A stretch of DNA of 64,000 bases from a virus. Position numbers and translations under genes: made by a program. Location of the stretch: the UHGV virus genome UHGV-0332176. One strand, 5' to 3'. The notes beneath the pieces were generated by a model, which had not been told where the DNA came from, did not search any database, and saw only the letters and a program-made list of their open reading frames with translations. Shown here in pieces: positions 19,088 through 26,923 of this stretch (positions are counted from its first letter, which is position 1; each line of letters starts with the position of its first letter).

Positions 19088-19375
19088 TTGTTAAGTTTAA
19101 CATTTATTAAAAAGGAAAAGAAAATGATTACTGGTTCAACTGTTTTTAGTTATTTTTTGGTTTATCTGTTGATTGGTTTTGTTTTTTTGGGTATTTTGTA
19201 TGTTTATGGAGATAAGTTTGGGATGGATGAACTTTTCCATCAAGATTTAGAAAGAAATTTTTTTCTTTTTTGTATTTTATGGATATGTATATTTTTTGGT
19301 GTTAGTTATTATTTAATTAATAATTTTTTACTTTTTATATTAAAAAAATTGCGTGCATTAAGATTTAAAAATTGA
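19088..19375 (+). CDS. Small membrane protein (2 TM), tandem paralogue 2
   Basis: Shares the YLLIGFVFLGILYVYGD motif and a similar topology. Confidence 0.55.
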   Translation: MLSLTFIKKEKKMITGSTVFSYFLVYLLIGFVFLGILYVYGDKFGMDELFHQDLERNFFLFCILWICIFFGVSYYLINNFLLFILKKLRALRFKN

Positions 19376-19396
19376 AAAACCAAATAAGTTTATGTT

Positions 19397-19430
19397 AAAC
19401 TCCTTATAAGATTTTTTATAAGGAGTTTTT
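19397..19430 (+). terminator. Intrinsic terminator; 3' arm doubles as RBS of next gene
   Basis: The repeat AAACTCCTTATAA...TTATAAGGAGTTT is followed by TTTTT, immediately before the ATG at 19431. Confidence 0.5.
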
Positions 19431-19913
19431 ATGTCATTAAATAAAGAAATTTTAACAACTATTTTAAAAGAAAATGTTTGTGATGTTACATTTACTAAAA
19501 AAGATGGAACTGAAAGAGTAATGAAATCAACATTAATGGAAGAATATGTAAAGCCATTAATTTCAAATGAAACAACAGAAAAGAAAGAGCGTAAAGAAAA
19601 TCCAAATCAAGTTTGTGTAGTTGATTTAGAAAAAAATGCTTGGAGAAGTTTTAATGCAGATACTGTTAAAGGGATTCGTTTGACAGAAATTGTTAAAGAA
19701 AATATTAAACCTGTTGAAACAGTTAAAGATGAGGTTGTTAAGCCATTAAGTGATGAAATTAAAAGTGATATGGAATTTATTACTGAAAAATTAGATGCTG
19801 TTGGTTTAAAAATGAAAGATTTAAAAAGTGATATTTATATGTATTCAAACGGACATAATAAAACATATGATAGGGATGGAAATTTAGTATCTTTTGAGGA
19901 AGGTAATGTTTAG
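19431..19913 (+). CDS. Hypothetical protein (160 aa)
   Basis: ORF with no motifs recognised. Confidence 0.5.
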   Translation: MSLNKEILTTILKENVCDVTFTKKDGTERVMKSTLMEEYVKPLISNETTEKKERKENPNQVCVVDLEKNAWRSFNADTVKGIRLTEIVKENIKPVETVKDEVVKPLSDEIKSDMEFITEKLDAVGLKMKDLKSDIYMYSNGHNKTYDRDGNLVSFEEGNV

Positions 19914-20106
19914 AATAAAACTTAATAAAAAAGATGCTGATAAAATTCAGGAATCTTTAAAATGTATTGATGATGAATATTTTTTAGAAGTTAATAAAAA
20001 GAATGTTATTGTGAACGATATGTATCATTTAAATGATAACATTAATATTATAATTAAAGGGTATGATGGTATTCACGATTATTATTATGGGAAAATCAAA
20101 GAATGA
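19894..20106 (+). CDS. Hypothetical small protein (70 aa)
   Basis: A short ORF overlapping its neighbours by a few nt, the pattern expected of translational coupling. Confidence 0.35.
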   Translation: MRKVMFRIKLNKKDADKIQESLKCIDDEYFLEVNKKNVIVNDMYHLNDNINIIIKGYDGIHDYYYGKIKE

Positions 20107-20408
20107 AATTAAAAGATATGAAATTATCACAAATTCGTAAGTTATCTGAATGTTATTGGGTTCAGCATCCAATGCAGTTATATGGAACAAAAGAAACAAA
20201 TAATGCAAAGTATAATAATGCTGCTATATTTCAATTAAATAATGAAAATATATTATATGGAATGAAACATTTTATGTTATATGATGAAGACCATATATTT
20301 ACGACAATAGATGAAGCAATTAATTATTGTAAAGAATATGGTTGGAATTATAGCATTACAAAAAATTATAATTATAAAGGGGATATTGATAATGGTAAAA
20401 ATAATTGA
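20103..20408 (+). CDS. Hypothetical small protein (101 aa)
   Basis: ORF that overlaps the thyX start. Confidence 0.4.
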   Translation: MKLKDMKLSQIRKLSECYWVQHPMQLYGTKETNNAKYNNAAIFQLNNENILYGMKHFMLYDEDHIFTTIDEAINYCKEYGWNYSITKNYNYKGDIDNGKNN

Positions 20409-21108
20409 ACCACACGTTGAAGTTATTTCAGAAATTGATGGTGATAAAATTTTAAAGCAAATTGAAAGATGTGCAAGAAATTGTTATAAATCGGAAGGTA
20501 ATATTTCAGAAGATACAACATCTGCGGTGAAAATGATTAGTAAATTGATTGAATTAAATCATACGGCTATGATTGAATTTGCTGATATTATAGTTAATTT
20601 AATTTGCGATATTGGTGTTTATAAGGATTTAACAAGACATAGACATTGTAGCTTTGCTATTGAGAGCACTAGATATTGTAATTATTCTAAAGGGAAATTC
20701 GGTAATGAAATTTCGGTAATAAAACCTTGTAATATGGATGAAAATTCAGGAATTTATCATACTTGGCTTAAATCTATGACAGATATGGAAAAAGCATATA
20801 TGCAAATGGCAGAATTAGGAGCATTACCAGACCAATTAAGAATGGTTTTACCACATAGTTGTGCTGCATCAGTTATGATGAAAGCAAATATTAGAGAATG
20901 GCGACATATTTTTCAGCTTCGTTGTGCAAAACAAGCTCATCCATCTGTTCGTCAAATTATGTTATTAACTTTAAATGAATTTCATAATAAAATTCCTGTA
21001 TTATTTGATGATTTATTTTCGGAATATAAACAAGATATTATAGATACATATTCTAAATTAGAAACTAATTCTGAAACAGGTATTTTATATTCAAATTCAA
21101 ATTTATAA
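20392..21108 (+). CDS. thyX: Flavin-dependent thymidylate synthase
   Basis: Carries the ThyX signature TRHRHCSFAIESTRY (RHRxxSxxxxSxRY). The start was moved to the ATG at 20392, which follows an AAGGGG RBS. Confidence 0.85.
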   Translation: MVKIIEPHVEVISEIDGDKILKQIERCARNCYKSEGNISEDTTSAVKMISKLIELNHTAMIEFADIIVNLICDIGVYKDLTRHRHCSFAIESTRYCNYSKGKFGNEISVIKPCNMDENSGIYHTWLKSMTDMEKAYMQMAELGALPDQLRMVLPHSCAASVMMKANIREWRHIFQLRCAKQAHPSVRQIMLLTLNEFHNKIPVLFDDLFSEYKQDIIDTYSKLETNSETGILYSNSNL

Positions 21109-21114
21109 AACTTC

Positions 21115-21145
21115 TTGACAAATTATGAAACCTGTGTTATAAATA
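21115..21145 (+). promoter_or_regulatory. sigma70-like promoter (TTGACA-17-TATAAA) for rSAM operon; the -10 also reads TATAAATA
   Basis: CTTGACAAAT is at 21112-21123, and the -10 TATAAATA is at ~21138-21145 inside a hairpin loop. Confidence 0.5.
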
Positions 21146-21163
21146 TTCACAGGTTATTTTTTT
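21129..21163 (+). terminator. Terminator after thyX overlapping downstream promoter
   Basis: AACCTGTG-11 nt-CACAGGTT is followed by ATTTTTTT. Confidence 0.5.
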
Positions 21164-21173
21164 AGGATAAATT

Positions 21174-22517
21174 ATGAAATTTAATGAATATTTTAAGTTA
21201 AAAGATATAACAATTAATGTTACAAATTCTTGTAATTTAAATTGTGCTTATTGTTTTGAGCATAATAAAAATGGTTTAAAAATGTCAACTAATATGGTTG
21301 AGAAAATTATTGATAAAAGTTATGAAAATTATGTTTTAAATAATGAAACAAAATTTCCTTTTGTTGTTAATTTTTTTGGTGGAGAACCATTTTTAGCATT
21401 TGATGTAATGGAACACGCAATGAAATATGCCAATAATAAAAAATATAATATTTCATTTGGTGTAACAACAAATTTAACGATGCTTACAGACCATATGATT
21501 GATATTATTGAAGAATATGAATTGGGATTATTAGTGTCAGTTGATGGTATTAAAAAAATACACGATAGAAATCGTTGTAATTCTTATGACATTGTTATAT
21601 CTAATCTTAAAAAATTAATAGATAGAGGTTTAAAACATCTTATTGAAATTAGAATGACTGTTATGCCTGCTGATTTAAAAGATTTATTAAGTGGTATTCA
21701 AGAATTATATAATTTAGGAATTGATAATATTGCTCCTGTTCCTGTTACCGATACAAAATGGGAAGATTATGATTATATGAATTTAAGAGATGAAATGATT
21801 AAAATTTGGGAATGGGCATTTTTAATTTATAATGATGAAAACAATAAAAGAAATCTATCTATTAAATGTATAGATGATTATTTAGAAATGGTGTTATGCC
21901 CTGATATTTTATTACCTGAACAACGTAAAGTTTGTACAGCAGGAACATTTTCATCTTGTTCTTTTGGAGTTGATGGTGATATACTTCCTTGTCATCAACG
22001 TCATACAATTTCTGACCATTATGATGAATTAGTTATGGGTAATATTAATGATGATGAAATTAAAGAAATTAATTTTAATAATCAAACAATTGCTAACGAA
22101 AATAAAAATTGTGATGTATGTAATGCAAGAGCAATTTGTAAAGGGGGATGTCCATCTGAAAATTTAACATTGAATAAAGATGGAAATATTATGAATGATG
22201 TTCAATGTAATGTTTTAGAATATATGGTTGATGTTGCACAGCAATATCAATGGTGGCTTTTAAATGATATGTTACCTAATATTCGTTCTCGTAAATTAAA
22301 TATTTTAAGTCAAAATTTAAAATTATTAGGAATGTTATTAGATATTATTAAAAATGAAAGAAGTATTCAAGATAATGAAATTCAATTATTAAAATTTTAT
22401 GAAAAGTTATCTGATATTGAAGGAATACTTTTGCCTAATTTTAGAGATGCAATAAATTTTATAATTTATGGTATGGTAAATATTATTGATGAACAAATTA
22501 AAAATGAAGGTAAATGA
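21174..22517 (+). CDS. Radical SAM / SPASM-domain enzyme (maturase-like), paralogue 1
   Basis: The N-terminus has TNSCNLNCAYCFE (CxxxCxxC), and the C-terminal auxiliary-cluster region has CDVCNARAICKGGCPSE (SPASM-like). Confidence 0.8.
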   Translation: MKFNEYFKLKDITINVTNSCNLNCAYCFEHNKNGLKMSTNMVEKIIDKSYENYVLNNETKFPFVVNFFGGEPFLAFDVMEHAMKYANNKKYNISFGVTTNLTMLTDHMIDIIEEYELGLLVSVDGIKKIHDRNRCNSYDIVISNLKKLIDRGLKHLIEIRMTVMPADLKDLLSGIQELYNLGIDNIAPVPVTDTKWEDYDYMNLRDEMIKIWEWAFLIYNDENNKRNLSIKCIDDYLEMVLCPDILLPEQRKVCTAGTFSSCSFGVDGDILPCHQRHTISDHYDELVMGNINDDEIKEINFNNQTIANENKNCDVCNARAICKGGCPSENLTLNKDGNIMNDVQCNVLEYMVDVAQQYQWWLLNDMLPNIRSRKLNILSQNLKLLGMLLDIIKNERSIQDNEIQLLKFYEKLSDIEGILLPNFRDAINFIIYGMVNIIDEQIKNEGK

Positions 22518-23335
22518 TGGCTGATAGTAATATTGTTAATCGTCAAATATATCAAGATATTAGAGATACTTTTAAACAACGAGCAATGAATTGGAACGGT
22601 GTTTGGAAAGTTTGGAATAATCAATCTCCTGATTGGGGCGGACGTTGGGTTGGTGGTTGGAAAGGACCAGCAATTAAGATGCACGATACTATTCCTGAAT
22701 CAGAAAGGGATAGAATTCAAAAAGAATATACTGGTTTATCAGGTGAAGTTAATCAAGTTATTGTTGAAGAATCATCTAAAATTCATACATTAGGTAATGA
22801 AAATAATATTCGTAGAGCGGTTATTAGTTTAAATAATGTGACAGATGCAAATATCGGTGTTTATTTAGGAAGTCAAAAATTACCAAAAATTGAGATTAAC
22901 ACAATTGGAACAGCTGGAAATTTTAATCCTGATGTAAATATTGCTAATACATCTGATGATTATACTGTAAACAAATATAATACTTCATATGTTAGAGATA
23001 TACCAGCTAATAAAGTTGTTAATACAACAACAGGTCAAGAAATACCATTAAATTCTGTTATTACAAAAGATATTAATCAAAAAACTCAAATGGCAGGAAC
23101 ATCTGACCCAACTCAATCATCGCAAGCTGAAGGTATTGTTAAAAAATCAGATTATGAATTGATTAGAACAGTTTTAGAAAGAATCAAAGATTGTTTAATT
23201 CAAAAAAATTCTTGGTTTACTTATAATGGTATTTGTAGTCGTAGTTGTCAAATAAATTGCCAAAATAGATGTCAAGTTTCTTGTCAGGCTTGTAATACTA
23301 AACAATGTCACGACCAAAATTGTGGTACTTCATAG
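22514..23335 (+). CDS. Protein with cysteine-repeat C-terminal tail (candidate substrate of adjacent rSAM/SPASM enzymes)
   Basis: The start overlaps the upstream stop (ATGATGG). The C-terminus is CSRSCQINCQNRCQVSCQACNTKQCHDQNCGTS (8 Cys in 30 aa, CxxxC x4), and the body is Asn/Thr/Ser-rich. Confidence 0.6.
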   Translation: MMADSNIVNRQIYQDIRDTFKQRAMNWNGVWKVWNNQSPDWGGRWVGGWKGPAIKMHDTIPESERDRIQKEYTGLSGEVNQVIVEESSKIHTLGNENNIRRAVISLNNVTDANIGVYLGSQKLPKIEINTIGTAGNFNPDVNIANTSDDYTVNKYNTSYVRDIPANKVVNTTTGQEIPLNSVITKDINQKTQMAGTSDPTQSSQAEGIVKKSDYELIRTVLERIKDCLIQKNSWFTYNGICSRSCQINCQNRCQVSCQACNTKQCHDQNCGTS

Positions 23336-23347
23336 GATAAAAATTAA

Positions 23348-24550
23348 ATGGAAATGTATGAAAAAATCAAGAAATTGACTGTAAAGACTTTTTCTGGTTG
23401 TAATCTTAATTGTCAATATTGTCATCAATTAAATGATGATAAACATAAACCATTATCATTTACAAAATATGATGAATTATCACAATTTTTATTAACTATT
23501 CCGTTAGATGATAAAGTTATTGTTTCAATTGTTGGGGGAGAAGTATCTTTAAGACCAGATTTAATAGAAAATTTATATAAAAAATCTTTATTAAAAGTAT
23601 CAAGACAAAAAGATGTTCAATTTGAATGTGGAACAGTTACTAATGGAACAAATATTGATTATATTTTAGATTTATGTGATAGAGATATATTTAAGCCAAA
23701 ACATTGTGCATTTTCTTGGGATGGTTTGTATTCTGCTTCCTTATCTCGTAAATGTAATGGGTTATTTAATGATGAATTTTTTCAAAATGTTGTTAAAAAA
23801 ATTGGTAAGAGTAAACATAGAGATGATTTTACGATTGTTCACGCTATAACTCCAGAAACATTAGATTACTTATATGATAGTTTTAAATTTTGTATAGATA
23901 ATGGAGCAATTAATTTTGGTTATTATTTAATTCACGAAGGAAATTATAGTGATATAAACCTTCAAGAAAAATTTAAAAATCAAATTTATAAAATATATAA
24001 TTTGTATGTTGAAGAAGCAAATAAAGGAAATTATATTAATTTATTTAATTGGTTAAATATTACTTTAAGAAGACGTATTAATGAAGCCTTTTTTACGTGT
24101 GCCAAATTAGGTATAAATTATTATATTGACCCTGATGGTGATATATATCCGTGCATATATTTTGGTGACCATAGAGCATATAAATTTGGTAATATAAAAA
24201 CAGGAATTGATAAAAATATTCAAGATAAATTTATTGAAGATTATTATCATTATCCGCAATGTGAATTTAAAACTTGTAAATGTTACCAATGTAATGAATG
24301 TCCTGCATCTAATTATGTTCATAATGGAAATATGAATATGCGATTTAAAAATGGATGTGCATTATATCAAATTGAAAATCAAATTTATGATGAATTATCT
24401 AAAAAAATTATAAGACAAGATATTTATACATCTGAAGATAGAAATAGACATATATTTGATTTAAATAAATTTGTTGATTGCGAATTAGATATAACACAAA
24501 ATAGTTATCAATCTCCAAATTTAGAATTTGTTAGAAAATGGAGAAAATAA
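23348..24550 (+). CDS. Radical SAM / SPASM-domain enzyme, paralogue 2
   Basis: Has FSGCNLNCQYCHQ at the N-terminus, and a C-terminal Cys cluster CEFKTCKCYQCNECPAS. Confidence 0.8.
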   Translation: MEMYEKIKKLTVKTFSGCNLNCQYCHQLNDDKHKPLSFTKYDELSQFLLTIPLDDKVIVSIVGGEVSLRPDLIENLYKKSLLKVSRQKDVQFECGTVTNGTNIDYILDLCDRDIFKPKHCAFSWDGLYSASLSRKCNGLFNDEFFQNVVKKIGKSKHRDDFTIVHAITPETLDYLYDSFKFCIDNGAINFGYYLIHEGNYSDINLQEKFKNQIYKIYNLYVEEANKGNYINLFNWLNITLRRRINEAFFTCAKLGINYYIDPDGDIYPCIYFGDHRAYKFGNIKTGIDKNIQDKFIEDYYHYPQCEFKTCKCYQCNECPASNYVHNGNMNMRFKNGCALYQIENQIYDELSKKIIRQDIYTSEDRNRHIFDLNKFVDCELDITQNSYQSPNLEFVRKWRK

Positions 24551-25710
24551 TGGGAAATATTAAATTACCACCAATAATTACGCACGCTTATATTATGGTT
24601 ACTGAACAATGTAATTTACGTTGTCAATATTGTTATATTAAAAATAGGGATATTAAAAACGAATTTCCGTTTGAATGGATGGAAAAAGTTAAAAAAATGT
24701 TTACTTGTTACAATAAACCAAGAATAATATTTTTTGGTGGAGAACCATTATTAAAAGTTGAGTTAATTAAACAAATTGTTAATGAATATAAAAATGATTT
24801 TCAATTTCAAGTTGTAACAAATGGAACGATTAATTTTCATAAATTTATGGATGAAGTTTATGAACCAAATAAAACAAATTTTGATGTACAAATATCGTGG
24901 GATGGTAATGTTGATACTCGGAAAACGTATAATGGAAATATAACTAATTTAACTGTTTATGATAATATTATATCAGAATTAAATAAAGGAAGAATTTTAG
25001 TTGGAAGATGTGTTTTAAATGAAGAATCAGTAAAAAATTTTTATAATACATACCAAACATTTAAAAAATTAAATAAAGAATATAAATTTGGTGCAGATTT
25101 TACGATTGCTCATCAGCCATTATTTCAAGAAACATTTTTTAGTGATTTAATAAATGAGCTTCAAAAAATATATCAAGATATACAAATAGATTTAAAAAAT
25201 AATCAACATTTATATATTCCCAATCTTTTATTAAAAACAATTACAAATATTTTAGAAAATGAACCTGTTATTTCTTGTGATGTTGGGTCATATGTTGTTT
25301 TAAAACCAAATGGTGATGTTTATCCGTGTACAATTTTATCACAACAAGATGAAAGATTTAAATTAGGTAATATTAATGAAACTGTTGATACAGAATTAAT
25401 TAATGATTTACGATATAAATCATCTTGTAAAAAAGAATGTCCATTTAAAGCCATTTGTGATGGTGGTTGCAGATATGAAAGAATTATTAATTATCCACAA
25501 ACTTGGTGTACTGATATATGTTCACATACTTGTAAAATTTATGAGGGAATTTATAATGAAACAATAAATTTTTTAAATATGTTATCAAAAGAAGAAACAA
25601 CGAAGTTATATGAAATATTAACACAATATAATATTTGGAGTATAAATTACCGAAATAATAATCATAATAGAATAGATAATCAAGATAGATTAACAAATAT
25701 AAAGATATAA
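24538..25710 (+). CDS. Radical SAM / SPASM-domain enzyme, paralogue 3
   Basis: Has TEQCNLRCQYCYI and a C-terminal CKKECPFKAICDGGCRYE. It overlaps the previous gene by 13 nt. Confidence 0.8.
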   Translation: MEKIMGNIKLPPIITHAYIMVTEQCNLRCQYCYIKNRDIKNEFPFEWMEKVKKMFTCYNKPRIIFFGGEPLLKVELIKQIVNEYKNDFQFQVVTNGTINFHKFMDEVYEPNKTNFDVQISWDGNVDTRKTYNGNITNLTVYDNIISELNKGRILVGRCVLNEESVKNFYNTYQTFKKLNKEYKFGADFTIAHQPLFQETFFSDLINELQKIYQDIQIDLKNNQHLYIPNLLLKTITNILENEPVISCDVGSYVVLKPNGDVYPCTILSQQDERFKLGNINETVDTELINDLRYKSSCKKECPFKAICDGGCRYERIINYPQTWCTDICSHTCKIYEGIYNETINFLNMLSKEETTKLYEILTQYNIWSINYRNNNHNRIDNQDRLTNIKI

Positions 25711-25736
25711 ATATTTGTATTATAAAGGAAGTAAAA

Positions 25737-26882
25737 ATGTTATTATTTATGCCTGAAAGAATTTATGAATATTTTAAAAATGATGAAATTTTAAATGAAA
25801 AACTTGAAAAAGTTAGATTATTATTATTAAATCCAGAACATCATTATGATTTAAAAGATTTATTAAAAATGAATAATGAAATGTTTACAGATGTTCATCA
25901 ATATTTGCTTGAAAAAGTGCCAGAAGATTTGAAAGAAGAAATGAAAATTTGTTCTGACAATCATAAAGGTGGGTCAGACAAATATATGATTAATTTTGAT
26001 AATTATGATGATGAAACAAAAATATTTTTATTGTATATTTACAATAATGGGGATATGAGTCCAAATGATGCATTATATGATAGATATAATAAAATTGAAC
26101 AAATTTATGAAAAAAATGAAATGCAAAATTTTTCGCCATTTATTCATACAATTTATTATTTTGTTAAATTATTTTTGCATTGGGTTAATAATGAAAATAT
26201 AAAATATGTTAATGAAAATGGATTTTTCCCTTATGAAAATATTAAAAAATTTTTAAGTTTTGAAGAAGATTTATATAATAAAATATTACTAAAATGTAAT
26301 ACTGAACAATTTTTTCATATTTTATTTCATAAACGTATACAAATGATGTTTATGTTTATGCTTTTTATTGGTCAATTTAGTGATAATTTTGATAAAGTCG
26401 TTGATGATATAGTTAGACGTGTTTATAATAATAGATTTAAATATGATAATTTTAATTATTTAAAAATTGCTATTAATCATATTTTTTTTCAAACATATTT
26501 TGATAAAGGGAATTTTATTAAAGCTAAAAAATATTTAATGTATAATATTTCAATTATTAATTATGGATTTTCACATAAATTTGAAATGGTAAAAGCATTA
26601 AATCATTTTAATAAAATTTTTAATAGAGAATTTTGTAATTATTTGTTTTTCTTATATACAATGATACGAGTTTATATTCCAAAATTACAAAAAGAATTTA
26701 ATATTTTAAATTGTCCTGATGCAACAGAATTTGAAAAACGATTATTATTTGGAAAATTTAATGATGATGAAAAAAATTTAGGTATAGATACAAATCCAAA
26801 TGAATGGTTATCTTTTAAATGGTGTCAGAATAATAAAGTATCATTTGATTATTTTAATCAAATAGTTGACAAGATAAATTAA
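25737..26882 (+). CDS. Hypothetical protein (381 aa), last gene of rSAM operon
   Basis: ORF that is followed by a strong terminator. Confidence 0.5.
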   Translation: MLLFMPERIYEYFKNDEILNEKLEKVRLLLLNPEHHYDLKDLLKMNNEMFTDVHQYLLEKVPEDLKEEMKICSDNHKGGSDKYMINFDNYDDETKIFLLYIYNNGDMSPNDALYDRYNKIEQIYEKNEMQNFSPFIHTIYYFVKLFLHWVNNENIKYVNENGFFPYENIKKFLSFEEDLYNKILLKCNTEQFFHILFHKRIQMMFMFMLFIGQFSDNFDKVVDDIVRRVYNNRFKYDNFNYLKIAINHIFFQTYFDKGNFIKAKKYLMYNISIINYGFSHKFEMVKALNHFNKIFNREFCNYLFFLYTMIRVYIPKLQKEFNILNCPDATEFEKRLLFGKFNDDEKNLGIDTNPNEWLSFKWCQNNKVSFDYFNQIVDKIN

Positions 26883-26889
26883 ATATGCT

Positions 26890-26923
26890 AAAATCTCCAT
26901 AATTATAATTATGGAGATTTTTT
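26890..26923 (+). terminator. Intrinsic terminator
   Basis: Perfect palindrome AAATCTCCATAATTAT/AATTATGGAGATTT followed by TTTT. Confidence 0.6.
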
